Positions 1 to 11,227 of a stretch of 64,000 nt of DNA are shown in pieces (the stretch's first letter is position 1; every line of letters starts with the position of its first letter). Under the pieces are notes generated by a model. The model had not been told where the DNA came from, did not search any database, and saw only the letters and a program-made list of their open reading frames with translations. A program made the position numbers and the translations under genes. The stretch covers positions 17,261-81,260 of the forward strand of contig JAFYVN010000010.1 of assembly GCA_017549105.1 (NCBI GenBank), read 5' to 3'. Origin of the DNA: Clostridia bacterium. GTDB lineage: Bacteria > Bacillota > Clostridia > Oscillospirales > Acutalibacteraceae.

Positions 1-357
1 GATTTGAAATTCACCGTAAAAGCGCCTCAGTTCGACGGAAAACAGGTTAAAGTTATCAGATATGTGATTGATGATGACTGCAACTGGTTTGATGAATGGG
101 TTGAAGACAGAAAAACCTACGGTATCGGGGATGACTGTTTTGCTTGGTCACCCGACGACCCCGTTGTTGATAACCCGACAACTCTTTCGGACCCTGAGGC
201 AAAAGAAATTTATAAAAATGAACTTTACGATAAGTATACCGAATGTTCAAAGCTTCTGCCGACAGAGGAGATTGCGACTGTTGAAAACGGCGAATTGAAT
301 CTTGAGGTCACTCTTGACCCGAATGCTGTAGTTTTTTATGAAATAGTGGAAATTTAA
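1..357 (+). CDS. 3' end of a gene starting before the window; possibly the C-terminal beta-sandwich of a glycoside hydrolase (GH39-like)
   Basis: Frame is open from base 1. Ends ...LEVTLDPNAVVFYEI, resembling the terminal strand pattern of clan GH-A accessory domains. Family is uncertain. Confidence 0.5.
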   Translation, partial: DLKFTVKAPQFDGKQVKVIRYVIDDDCNWFDEWVEDRKTYGIGDDCFAWSPDDPVVDNPTTLSDPEAKEIYKNELYDKYTECSKLLPTEEIATVENGELNLEVTLDPNAVVFYEIVEI

Positions 358-434
358 AAAATATCTTGCAATACAGTCAATTTTCTTGTAATATATAAGG
401 GTTAATGTAAAAAATAAAAACAAAGGAGAAACAT

Positions 435-2345
435 ATGCAGGACAATAATCAGTTCAAACCCTATGTTCCCGCAAGCAAGGTAACTCCCGAGCTTACCGTA
501 ACATCAATTGTTATGGGTGTTATTCTGGCAGTTGTTTTCGGTGCGGCAAATGCATATCTCGGTCTGCGTGTCGGTATGACGGTTTCGGCTTCAATTCCCG
601 CTGCCGTTATTGCTATGGGCGTAATACGCGTTGTTATGCGAAAAAATTCAATTCTCGAAAGCAACATCGTTCAGACAACCGGTTCTGCCGGTGAATCGCT
701 TGCTGCCGGTGCAATTTTCACTCTTCCCGCTCTTTATCTTTGGGCGGCTGAGGGTAAGATGGAAAAACCCGGTCTGCTTGAAATAACTCTTATCGCACTT
801 CTTGGCGGTCTTCTCGGTGTATTCTTTATGGTTCCGCTCAGAAATGCACTCATTGTTAAAGAACACGCAACCCTGCCTTATCCCGAAGGAACAGCTTGCG
901 CAGAAGTTCTTCTTGCAGGTGAAGAAGGCGGATCAAACGCCTCAACAGTTTTTGCGGGTATGGGATTTGCGGCTTTCTTCAAGCTCATCATCGACGGTCT
1001 CAAGGCTGTTCCCGGTGAAATCTCATTCAGGATCAAAGGTTACGCAGGCGAAATCGGAACTCAGATTTATCCCGCTGTTATGAGCGTAGGATATATCTGC
1101 GGACCCAAAATCTCATCATATATGTTTGCGGGCGGTATTCTCAGCTGGCTCGTTCTTATTCCGATGATAGTTCTTTTCGGTGAAACTCTTACTCTCTATC
1201 CCGGCACAGCTCCTATCGGAGAAATGTTTGCCGAAGGCGGTGCGGGTGCAATCTGGGGTTCATATATCCGATATATCGGTGCAGGCGCTCTTGCTGCCGG
1301 CGGTATTATCAGTCTTATCAAGTCACTTCCTCTTATTGTGCGTACATTCAGAGATGCAATCAAGGGTATGAAGGGCGGCACAGATGTAGGTTCAGAGCGT
1401 ACTAATCAGAGCATCAGCATGAAAATCGTACTTATTGCAATTGCAATTCTTACAATTCTTGTATGGCTTGTTCCCGCAATTCCCGTTTCGCTTCTCGGCG
1501 CGGCAATTGTTGTTATTTTCGGTTTCTTCTTTGCAACCGTTTCTTCAAGAATGGTAGGTCTTGTAGGCAGCAGTAATAACCCTGTTTCGGGTATGGCTAT
1601 CGCAACTCTTCTTATTGCAACGGTTATCCTTAAAATTACAGGTGATACAGGTGCTCACGGTATGAGAGCGGCTATCGCAATCGGTTCGATTATCTGCATT
1701 GTTGCCGCTATTGCGGGCGATACTTCGCAGGACCTCAAGACAGGTTTCCTTCTCGGTGCAACCCCCAAAAAGCAGCAGATTGGTGAAGTTCTCGGTGTTG
1801 TTGCAGCGGCTCTTGCAATCGGTGGTACTCTCAACCTTCTTGATTCGGCTTGGGGCTTCGGCGGTGACGAGCTTGCAGCACCTCAGGCAACCCTTATGAA
1901 GATGATTATTGAAGGCGTTATGGACGGCAACCTTCCCTGGGGTCTTGTTTTCCTCGGCGTATTCATCGCAATTGTTGTTGAAATCATCGGCATTCCCGTT
2001 CTTCCCTTCGCAATCGGTGTTTATCTTCCCGTTCAGCTTAATGCCTGCATTATGGTCGGCGGTCTTGTTCGCCTTGCGGTTGACAAGATGAAGAAACCCG
2101 AAGATGAGAAGAAGAGAATTACAAACGACGGTATCCTTTTCTGCTCGGGTATGATTGCGGGCGAAGGTCTTGTAGGTATCGTGCTTGCGCTTCTTGCGGT
2201 ATTCGGTGTTGACAAGGTTATCGATATTTCGGGTCTTCTCAACCTTCCCGAAGGCGTTGCAAAGGTTGCGGGACTTGTGGTATTCGGTCTTGTTATTCTT
2301 TCACTTCTTAAGTTTTCCGTATGGAATAAAAAGAAGAGCAAGTAA
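435..2345 (+). CDS. OPT-family oligopeptide transporter
   Basis: 636-aa polytopic membrane protein with OPT motifs ANAYLGLRVGMTVSASIPA, LPYPEGTACA and QDLKTGFLLGATPKKQQ. RBS AAGGAG. Confidence 0.93.
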   Translation: MQDNNQFKPYVPASKVTPELTVTSIVMGVILAVVFGAANAYLGLRVGMTVSASIPAAVIAMGVIRVVMRKNSILESNIVQTTGSAGESLAAGAIFTLPALYLWAAEGKMEKPGLLEITLIALLGGLLGVFFMVPLRNALIVKEHATLPYPEGTACAEVLLAGEEGGSNASTVFAGMGFAAFFKLIIDGLKAVPGEISFRIKGYAGEIGTQIYPAVMSVGYICGPKISSYMFAGGILSWLVLIPMIVLFGETLTLYPGTAPIGEMFAEGGAGAIWGSYIRYIGAGALAAGGIISLIKSLPLIVRTFRDAIKGMKGGTDVGSERTNQSISMKIVLIAIAILTILVWLVPAIPVSLLGAAIVVIFGFFFATVSSRMVGLVGSSNNPVSGMAIATLLIATVILKITGDTGAHGMRAAIAIGSIICIVAAIAGDTSQDLKTGFLLGATPKKQQIGEVLGVVAAALAIGGTLNLLDSAWGFGGDELAAPQATLMKMIIEGVMDGNLPWGLVFLGVFIAIVVEIIGIPVLPFAIGVYLPVQLNACIMVGGLVRLAVDKMKKPEDEKKRITNDGILFCSGMIAGEGLVGIVLALLAVFGVDKVIDISGLLNLPEGVAKVAGLVVFGLVILSLLKFSVWNKKKSK

Positions 2346-2348
2346 GCT

Positions 2349-2690
2349 ATGAAAAAGAAAAACGATACGAATTATCTCGATAAAATCCCCATTCATCCCG
2401 ACATAAAATGGACTGCGGATGAAAGCGGAATCGTGACTCTTGAAATTGAGAATAAAGGCGCAATGAACAAAATCGCACAGAAGCTTTTCAAAAAGCCGAA
2501 GGTGAGCTATATTCATCTTGATAAGACGGGAAGTTTTGTGTGGCCTCTTATAGACGGCAAAAAAACCATTGCAGACCTTGCAAAGGATGTTGATGCTCAT
2601 TTCGGCGAAGAAGCACATCCGCTTTATGAAAGGCTTGCTCAGTTTTTCAGAGTTCTTGACAGTTATAAGTTTATAAACTGGGTTAAATAA
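2349..2690 (+). CDS. PqqD-family (RRE-like) protein
   Basis: 113 aa with LDKTGSFVWPLIDGKKTIADL, the PqqD winged-helix signature. Starts 3 nt after the OPT stop. Confidence 0.8.
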   Translation: MKKKNDTNYLDKIPIHPDIKWTADESGIVTLEIENKGAMNKIAQKLFKKPKVSYIHLDKTGSFVWPLIDGKKTIADLAKDVDAHFGEEAHPLYERLAQFFRVLDSYKFINWVK

Positions 2691-2693
2691 GAG

Positions 2694-2729
2694 AAAATTC
2701 CTCCGATTAACAGTCGGAGGAATTTTTTT
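2694..2729 (+). terminator. Intrinsic terminator
   Basis: AATTCCTCCGATT-aac-AGTCGGAGGAATT hairpin followed by a T-tract. Confidence 0.85.
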
Positions 2730-2783
2730 GTTGCAATATTGTTTATATTATGTTAATTTAATATTAATGAAAGGAGAGATAGA

Positions 2784-3833
2784 ATGAAAAATCTTAAGAA
2801 AATCATTGCAATCCTTCTGGCGATATCGCTTGTCGCCGTTTTCCCCGCGGGTGCATCCGCACTTTCGATTGATGACGGAATTGAGCCTATCAAAGAACAA
2901 TTTGTTTTCGGCGAAGGGCCTGTTGCTGGCGGATATTCAATTGACTACCGCTATTTTTCACCCGTAAAAGAAAAGGATACAACCAAATATCCTCTCGTTA
3001 TCTGGCTTCACGGCATGGGAGACGGTGCCGAGGAAGGCAGACAGGTTGCAAAGAGCAACATTGCTTATTGGGCAAGTGACGAATTCCAGGCACGTTTTGA
3101 GCCTGCAGGCGGTGCATTTATTCTTGCCGCGCGCTCAAGAGAAGAAAACGGTATGTTCTGGGATAATGCGCTTATCGAGCCTCTGCGCGCAGCGATTGAT
3201 GATTTCATCGAAAAGAATAAGGCGAATATCGACCTGAGCCGTATTTATGTAGGCGGTTATTCAATGGGCGGTAAGATGACATACAAAATGGCAACGGCTT
3301 ACCCCGAACTTTTTGCGGCTGCATTCCCGATTTGTCCCGCATGGGCACCTTCGGATGAAATGCTTGAAAAAATCAAGGATATGCCCATCTGGCTCACATC
3401 GAGCAGACGAGATCCTCTTGTTAACTATTATCTTGGTGTTTCGCCCACATGGGACAGACTTGTTGAGATTTCGAACGTTCCCGAAGAATGCAGATTTTCA
3501 ACCCTCACAAAGGTTTGCTATGAAGACGGGTCGGCAACATCAAGCAGCCATCACGCATGGTTCGCAATCAATCACGATATGTTTTCGGCTGAAAACAGTG
3601 ATTATCCCTATATGACAACCGTCAACGGTCTTGGTGAAAATGTGAAGCTTGAGTTCCCCAACGGAATGATTTCCTGGCTCAGCAGTCATACCTCAGATTA
3701 TGACGGTGCAAAGGGCGAAGGCTCGGGCAACGCAAGCCTTGATGATTCAACAAGTATGATTTATGTTGACGGCTTTTTCGGAATTTTTGAGCTTCTTTAT
3801 AATGCCGTACTCAAGCTTCTGAGAATTAAATAA
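2784..3833 (+). CDS. Secreted alpha/beta-hydrolase (esterase/peptidase S9-like)
   Basis: Signal peptide, YPLVIWLHG, nucleophile elbow GYSMGG, and a late His (SHHAW). Confidence 0.8.
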   Translation: MKNLKKIIAILLAISLVAVFPAGASALSIDDGIEPIKEQFVFGEGPVAGGYSIDYRYFSPVKEKDTTKYPLVIWLHGMGDGAEEGRQVAKSNIAYWASDEFQARFEPAGGAFILAARSREENGMFWDNALIEPLRAAIDDFIEKNKANIDLSRIYVGGYSMGGKMTYKMATAYPELFAAAFPICPAWAPSDEMLEKIKDMPIWLTSSRRDPLVNYYLGVSPTWDRLVEISNVPEECRFSTLTKVCYEDGSATSSSHHAWFAINHDMFSAENSDYPYMTTVNGLGENVKLEFPNGMISWLSSHTSDYDGAKGEGSGNASLDDSTSMIYVDGFFGIFELLYNAVLKLLRIK

Positions 3834-3911
3834 TTATTTTTACTTAAACGGCGGAGGCAAACGCTTCCGCTGTTTAACTTTTTGCAAAACAATAAAATAA
3901 TTAAAAAGCGA

Positions 3912-3940
3912 TTGACAAAACAAATATAATTTGATAAAAT
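3912..3940 (+). promoter_or_regulatory. sigma-A promoter of tRNA-Ser
   Basis: TTGACA-17 nt-TAAAAT, 25 nt upstream of the tRNA. Confidence 0.8.
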
Positions 3941-3965
3941 ATTTAAGTTGAAAAATTAAATATAC

Positions 3966-4053
3966 GGAGAGTTGTCCGAGTGGTCGAAGGTGCAGCACTC
4001 GAAATGCTGTGTGGGGAAACTCACCTAGGGTTCGAATCCCTAACTCTCCGCCA
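3966..4053 (+). tRNA. tRNA-Ser(CGA)
   Basis: GGAGAG acceptor stem, anticodon arm CAGCA-CTCGAAA-TGCTG, long variable arm, GGTTCGAATCC T-arm, encoded CCA. Confidence 0.96.
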
Positions 4054-4055
4054 GA

Positions 4056-4098
4056 AAAAGAGCAAATACCCTTGTGGTATTTGTTCTTTTTGTTTTGA
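4056..4098 (+). terminator. Terminator after tRNA-Ser
   Basis: AAAAAGAGCAAATACC-cttgt-GGTATTTGTTCTTTTT hairpin with T-tract. Confidence 0.75.
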
Positions 4099-4145
4099 AC
4101 AGGGATTCGAAAGGGCGTAAGAAAACCTTTACTGTATAAAAAGCG

Positions 4146-4177
4146 AAACAGCACCCGAAGGGGTGCTGTTTCTTTTG
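4146..4177. terminator. Hairpin terminator, probably for the XRE gene
   Basis: GAAACAGCACCC-gaag-GGGTGCTGTTTC flanked by A and T runs. Confidence 0.7.
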
Positions 4178-4214
4178 AGGAGTTGTATATAAGAGGGTGA
4201 GAAGATGTCAAAAA

Positions 4215-4463
4215 TTATTCTTCGATATCGAGAAGCTCGTTAACGGTCATGCCAAGCACTTCTGCGAGAGCTTTAAGTTCAAAATCTGTAACGAAACGAA
4301 GCTGACCTTCAAGCTTTGAAAGACCGGATGCATTAAGGTCGATGCCTTTGATCTGGAGCTGGGTGAGAAGATCCTTCTGCTTCATATTGATTGCTTTACG
4401 TCTTGCTTCAATTTTTGCACCTACGATGTTTCTGTCGCCGAGTGCCTGTTTTCTGGTTCTCAT
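4215..4463 (-). CDS. XRE-family helix-turn-helix regulator
   Basis: 82 aa from ATG 4463 (GGAGG RBS upstream); QKDLL...SGLSKLEG...LKALAEVLGMTVNELL HTH pattern. Confidence 0.85.
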   Translation of the reverse strand: MRTRKQALGDRNIVGAKIEARRKAINMKQKDLLTQLQIKGIDLNASGLSKLEGQLRFVTDFELKALAEVLGMTVNELLDIEE

Positions 4464-4828
4464 AATAATGTATCCTCCTGTGAAATCATCATCGGACATT
4501 TTTTACTTTAGGTTTATACATTTTGTATAATTAAATATCTTTGAACTGCCCGAAAAAACGCTGTTTGTGTCTACGGCAGACATTTTAACACACAAAAAAC
4601 AAAATTGCAACTGTTTTTTAAAATAAACATTTTCTCAAACAAAAAATTAACATTAAGGTAACTTTTTGATTATTTACGTTAGCATAAGTTGATTTTGTTT
4701 TTGAAACCGTTCTTTGTTAAAAAGAATTTATCAAAATTTGTTTAAATTAAATATTGTAAATTCTTGAAAAATACTGCATAATATCATTTGACGGCAGAGC
4801 CGAATACTACCAAAAGAGGCGAAATTTA

Positions 4829-6277
4829 ATGGAGTACACAAAACCGCAGAGAAATCTGACCATGCTGACCGATTTTTATGAAATCACCATGGCAAACGGT
4901 TACTTCAAAAACAATTTTAAAGATACTATTGCATATTTTGATATGTTTTACAGAAAAGTTCCCGATGGGGGCGGATTTGTTATTGCGGCAGGTCTTGAGC
5001 AGCTTGTTGACTATCTTTCGAATCTCACATTTGATAAGGATGACATTGAGTATCTGCGAAGCAAGGGGTTTGGCGAGGATTTTCTTGATTATCTTGCAAA
5101 CTTTAAGTTTGTGTGTGATGTATGGGCGGTTCCCGAAGGCACACCTGTTTTCCCCGGAGAACCTATTGTTAAGGTAAAAGGACCTGTTATTCAGGCTCAG
5201 TTTATAGAAACGATGATTCTTCTTTGCATAAATCATCAGAGCCTTATCGCAACAAAGGCAAACCGAATCTGCCGTGCCGCAGGTGATAAGCATGTTATGG
5301 AATTCGGTTCAAGACGTGCTCAGGGTGCCGACGGTGCAATCTACGGTGCAAGAGCAGCGTATATCGGCGGTGTTGTGGGTACTGCCTGCACGATTTCGGA
5401 TGAGATGTTTGGTGTTCCCGCACTCGGAACAATGGCTCACAGCTGGGTTCAGCTTTTTGACAGCGAGCTTGACGCATTTACGGCATATGCAAAGGAATAT
5501 CCCGACAGCTGTACTCTTCTTGTTGATACCTATAACACCCTTAAATCCGGTATACCCAACGCAATAAAGGTGTTTGACGAAGTTCTCAAGCCTCTCGGCA
5601 AACGTCCGAAGGGAATCAGAATCGACAGCGGCGATATCGCCTATCTTTCGAGAAAAGCAAGAAAGATGCTTGATGAAGCAGGATACCCCGACTGTTCAAT
5701 CGTTGCATCAAACTCACTTGATGAATATATTATCCGCGATATGCTTATGCAGGGCGCAAAGGTTGATTCGTTCGGTGTAGGTGAAAGACTTATCACGTCC
5801 TCATCTAGTCCTATGCTTGGTGGTGTTTATAAACTTTGCGGCATTCAGAAAGACGGCAAGGTTATTCCGAAGATAAAGTTGAGCGAAAACGTTGCAAAAA
5901 TCACAACCCCTGGCAACAAGAGGGTTTACCGCCTTTATGATAACGAAACAGGCAAGGCGGCAGCTGACCTTATTACTCTTGCGGATGAAACTGTTGACGA
6001 TTCGCAGCCTTATGAGCTGTTTGACCCCGACTTTACATGGAAACGAAAAACCATCACAGACTTCACCGCACGAGAGCTTCTTGAACCCGTCTTTGATAAG
6101 GGCAACTGTGTTTTTAACAGAAAAACAGCCAAGGAAATCCGCGAATACTGCAAGCAGCAGGTTGAAACTCTTTGGGACGAAGTTACAAGATTTGAAAATC
6201 CCCATAACTACTATGTTGACCTTTCCCAGCCTCTCTGGGATCTCAAACACGAACTCCTCAGAAAGAACGGCAAATAA
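4829..6277 (+). CDS. pncB: Nicotinate phosphoribosyltransferase
   Basis: LTDFYEITM, EFGSRRAQG, GTMAHSW, LVDTYNT, IRIDSGD and KIKLSEN motifs. Confidence 0.95.
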   Translation: MEYTKPQRNLTMLTDFYEITMANGYFKNNFKDTIAYFDMFYRKVPDGGGFVIAAGLEQLVDYLSNLTFDKDDIEYLRSKGFGEDFLDYLANFKFVCDVWAVPEGTPVFPGEPIVKVKGPVIQAQFIETMILLCINHQSLIATKANRICRAAGDKHVMEFGSRRAQGADGAIYGARAAYIGGVVGTACTISDEMFGVPALGTMAHSWVQLFDSELDAFTAYAKEYPDSCTLLVDTYNTLKSGIPNAIKVFDEVLKPLGKRPKGIRIDSGDIAYLSRKARKMLDEAGYPDCSIVASNSLDEYIIRDMLMQGAKVDSFGVGERLITSSSSPMLGGVYKLCGIQKDGKVIPKIKLSENVAKITTPGNKRVYRLYDNETGKAAADLITLADETVDDSQPYELFDPDFTWKRKTITDFTARELLEPVFDKGNCVFNRKTAKEIREYCKQQVETLWDEVTRFENPHNYYVDLSQPLWDLKHELLRKNGK

Positions 6278-7786
<1,509 letters not shown>

Positions 7787-7805
7787 TCGGTTCTTAACAC
7801 CTATA

Positions 7806-7840
7806 AAAAACGGGAGCAATGCTGCTCCCGTTTTGCTTTT
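7806..7840. terminator. Bidirectional intrinsic terminator
   Basis: AAAACGGGAGCA-atgc-TGCTCCCGTTTT between convergent genes. Confidence 0.85.
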
Positions 7841-8946
7841 TATTTTATAATTGCCCAAAGTGCGAGATTGAGTGCGAGATAAATGATGTTGACAACGGAG
7901 AAAACGAGGATGTATCTGCCGGACTGAACGTTTTCTTTTATGACATATTTGAACGAAATAAGGCTTGCCATTGATGCAATGAGTGTGCCGAGTCCGCCGA
8001 GGTTGACTCCGATAAGAAGGTCGTTTACGTTTTCGGTAAATCCCGAAAGAAGAAGAGCGGCGGGCACATTTGAAAAAATCTGGCTTGATGCAACTCCTAC
8101 AAGCACTTCGTTTCCGCCAACGATGGAACGGAGAAAATCGCTGACGGGAGCTATGTTTTTGAGGTTTCCGATGAATATGAACAGAAATGTGAATGTCAGA
8201 AGCAGTGAATAATCGATTTTGAGAATTGTTCTGCGGTCAAAAATCAGTATTGCAATAACCGAAACAGCGAGTGTTATTATATAAGGTATAACACGGAAGA
8301 CCGTCAGGAGTGAAACAGCAAAAAGAATGAAGTAGATTATGCAGAGTTTTGCATCGGGTTTGCTGTTTTCGGTTTCGGGTGTAAAACTGAGTTTTTCCTT
8401 TTTGATGAATACGCAGGAAACGGCTGTCAGAATCAGCGAGAGAATTGCGTATGGCAGAAGAACTCTGAAAAAATCAGCAGTCTTCATTTCGAACGAAGAG
8501 AAAAGATAGAGGTTCTGCGGGTTGCCTATCGGTGTGAGCATACTGCCGAGGTTTGCGGCAACGGTTTCGAGCGTAACGAGGGGGATAAGCAGATTCGTTT
8601 TGCCCGAAAGAGTAAGTATTATAATAGAAAACGGTACAAATGTGATAAGTGCAACATCGTTTGTGATTACCATTGAGGAAAAGAAGCAGAGCAGACTGAG
8701 TATCAGACACAGACTGCGTGAGTCTGAAGAAAACGAAAGCAGTTTCGAGGCAAGTATGCGGAAGATTCCGAGCTTGTTGAGACCCGCCATAACTGCCATA
8801 AGGCAGAAGAGAAGGGCAAGAGTGCGAAAGTCAATGTAATCAATATATCCCGGATTGGGATGAACGATAAATGCGGAAGCTGCAGCGAGAATGAATGAAA
8901 TTATAAGCACAGCTTCGTTTTTGATGAAGTTTTTGACGGAGGTCAT
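7840..8946 (-). CDS. CitMHS/ArsB/SLC13-superfamily anion permease
   Basis: Hydrophobic 368 aa; ITNDVALITFVP, AANLGSMLTPIGNPQNLYL and SNVPAALL motifs. Confidence 0.85.
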   Translation of the reverse strand: MTSVKNFIKNEAVLIISFILAAASAFIVHPNPGYIDYIDFRTLALLFCLMAVMAGLNKLGIFRILASKLLSFSSDSRSLCLILSLLCFFSSMVITNDVALITFVPFSIIILTLSGKTNLLIPLVTLETVAANLGSMLTPIGNPQNLYLFSSFEMKTADFFRVLLPYAILSLILTAVSCVFIKKEKLSFTPETENSKPDAKLCIIYFILFAVSLLTVFRVIPYIITLAVSVIAILIFDRRTILKIDYSLLLTFTFLFIFIGNLKNIAPVSDFLRSIVGGNEVLVGVASSQIFSNVPAALLLSGFTENVNDLLIGVNLGGLGTLIASMASLISFKYVIKENVQSGRYILVFSVVNIIYLALNLALWAIIK

Positions 8947-9073
8947 CCGACATTCTCCTTTCTCTGAAACTTACAAAGTAAATAACACCCGGTGAAAACC
9001 GAATGCATCTGCGAAGCAATATAACTCGCCGTAAGGTGAATAAAACTGCCGAGTGTCCTTACGAACACTCGGC

Positions 9074-9149
9074 TGGAGCTACTGGTCGGACTCGAACCGA
9101 CGACCTGCGCATTACGAATGCGCTGCTCTACCAACTGAGCCACAATAGC
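9074..9149 (-). tRNA. tRNA-Thr(CGT)
   Basis: Minus strand GCTATTG...GCGCA-TTCGTAA-TGCGC...GGTTCGAGTCC...TAGCTCCA, 76 nt with CCA. Confidence 0.96.
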
Positions 9150-9160
9150 GTATATTATGT

Positions 9161-9189
9161 ATTATAAATGATAACCCCGGAATTTGCAA
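9161..9189 (-). promoter_or_regulatory. sigma-A promoter of tRNA-Thr
   Basis: TTGCAA-17 nt-TATAAT on the minus strand. Confidence 0.8.
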
Positions 9190-9373
9190 GAGTTTTTATA
9201 ATTTTCCGCTGTTTGTTTTGTGATTTTGGCGGTTGGTCACAATTTGTTAATAAACATTTCATAAATTAGTTGACAAATATTATAAAACTATACTTGATTT
9301 TATTCAAAAAATAGGATATTCTATATATCGAGGCAAAACCCATATCAATATTATTTCCCCCGGAGGAGAACAT

Positions 9374-10378
9374 ATGAAAAGAAATATCACAGCAATTATC
9401 CTTGTTTTCGCGCTTATTCTCAGCTTTGCTGCTTGCCGTAAGCTTGACAGCGAAAACATCATCATCGAAAGCAAGGCATACATCGTTGACGATGAAGGTG
9501 TAACCCGTGACATTTATAATGTAGGCTCAAACTACTATTATTATGACGCTGACGGCAACAGAAAAGAAGCAAATTCAAAAGATGTTGTTGTTGAAACAAA
9601 TAAGGTCATCATCACAGAACCCGCTTCACTTACACCCGAAGCACAGTCGTTTATGGATTCATTCGGCGATGTTGATTCACTCGAAGATATGATGGAAGCA
9701 GATGCTACCGTTCCCGAACTCGAAAACGATGAGATTATTCCTGAGGATGCTTTCAACGGTATCGACCTTGAAGTAGATGCAGACGGCAAGCCCATTCACA
9801 ATGATGTGGAGATGAGCTTTGATGAGCTTGTTGCAAGCGAAAAATTTTCAATTGAAGCCAAAGTCAAAACAAAGACAGGCGGTCTCGATTATTCTGCACC
9901 CATGAACATTATGCGCAGCGGTTCAAAGCTTTATTTTGAAACTGCAGTTCCTCTTGAAAACGGTCTGGGCAGCACACGTGTCAACATCCTTTTCAATGAC
10001 GATGCTTGCTACATTATCATCCCCTCAATGAGAGCTTATATGGCAATCCCCAAGGAGACTGCAGGCGAAATGATTCCCGGCGATGCATTTGACGGTCTTG
10101 CTGACGCTGAAGGCACTTATGTTTCCAGCAGCCAGGTTGAGCACGGCGGTCACACCTACGTATGTGATATCTATAAAACAGAAGACGGTGTTGAAACTAG
10201 AAACTTCTACCAGGACGGTCAGCTCAAGAGAGTTGAAACCATCAGCGGTGAAGATACAAGCATTATGGAATTCACCAAGCTTTCAACATCTGTTGACGAA
10301 TCGAAGTTCAGCGTTCCTAAGAACTATTTCGATATGTCACAGATGGGCGGCGACTATGTGTCGATGATTACAGGCTGA
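9374..10378 (+). CDS. Lipoprotein of unknown function
   Basis: Lipobox SFAAC; acidic linker; beta-rich C-terminal half; GGAGGAG RBS. Confidence 0.75.
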   Translation: MKRNITAIILVFALILSFAACRKLDSENIIIESKAYIVDDEGVTRDIYNVGSNYYYYDADGNRKEANSKDVVVETNKVIITEPASLTPEAQSFMDSFGDVDSLEDMMEADATVPELENDEIIPEDAFNGIDLEVDADGKPIHNDVEMSFDELVASEKFSIEAKVKTKTGGLDYSAPMNIMRSGSKLYFETAVPLENGLGSTRVNILFNDDACYIIIPSMRAYMAIPKETAGEMIPGDAFDGLADAEGTYVSSSQVEHGGHTYVCDIYKTEDGVETRNFYQDGQLKRVETISGEDTSIMEFTKLSTSVDESKFSVPKNYFDMSQMGGDYVSMITG

Positions 10379-10382
10379 TAAA

Positions 10383-11114
10383 ATGAAGAAATGTGCGCTG
10401 ATAACCGGAGCATCGGGTGGAATCGGAAGTGAAATCGCTCTTCGCCTTGCGAACGACGGCTTTGAAATTGCCGCTTGCTATAATTCCGATGAAAACGGAA
10501 TAAAAGAGCTTGAAAAAAAGCTTTTGCAGACGGGAGTACGCTTTAAGATTTATAAAGCGGATGTAACGGATTTCAACACAATTAAAGATGTATTTGCAGA
10601 CGCCACCGATTTTTTCGGCGGCGTTTCTGTGCTTGTCAATAACGCTGGCATTGCCCAGCAGAAGCTGTTTACGGATATTACCCAAGAGGATTTTGACAGA
10701 ATAACTGCGGTCAACTTCAAGGGCGTGTTCAATTGCTGCCAGTGCGCAGTTCCGTTTATGGTCAGTCAAAAAAGCGGAAAGATAATCAATATTTCCTCTA
10801 TGTGGGGAGTTTACGGTGCATCGTGCGAAACCGTTTATTCCGCAACAAAGGCGGCGGTTATCGGTCTTTCAAAGGCTCTTGCAAGGGAGCTTGCACCGAG
10901 CAATATCCAGGTCAACTGCGTTGCACCCGGAGCGATTGACACCAAGATGAACAACAATCTGAGCGAAGCGGATAAAGCTGATTTTGCCAATGAAATTCCG
11001 ATGGGCAGATTCGGAACCCCGGCTGAAATTGCAGGCGTTGTATCATTCCTTGCGAGCAAGGATTCGGATTATGTTACCGCGCAGGTCATAACTGCCGATG
11101 GCGGACTGACTTAA
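10383..11114 (+). CDS. SDR oxidoreductase (FabG/YmfI-like)
   Basis: TGASGGIG, NNAG, ISSMWG and YSATK motifs. The ISSxWG...SCE pattern resembles YmfI-type SDRs. Confidence 0.88.
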   Translation: MKKCALITGASGGIGSEIALRLANDGFEIAACYNSDENGIKELEKKLLQTGVRFKIYKADVTDFNTIKDVFADATDFFGGVSVLVNNAGIAQQKLFTDITQEDFDRITAVNFKGVFNCCQCAVPFMVSQKSGKIINISSMWGVYGASCETVYSATKAAVIGLSKALARELAPSNIQVNCVAPGAIDTKMNNNLSEADKADFANEIPMGRFGTPAEIAGVVSFLASKDSDYVTAQVITADGGLT

Positions 11115-11227
11115 TAGGCATAATGCCAAAAATCCGCCCGGCTTTTTGGTCATAGTTCACAATTGATTTAGCGGCACTTATATGATAAAATAAATATTAT
11201 TAATACAACCTGTTTGGAGGAGAAATT

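Noticed and set aside
3840-4211. ORFs overlapping the tRNA genes (3840-4211 and 8943-9143)
   Set aside because: They are translations through tRNA-Ser and tRNA-Thr.
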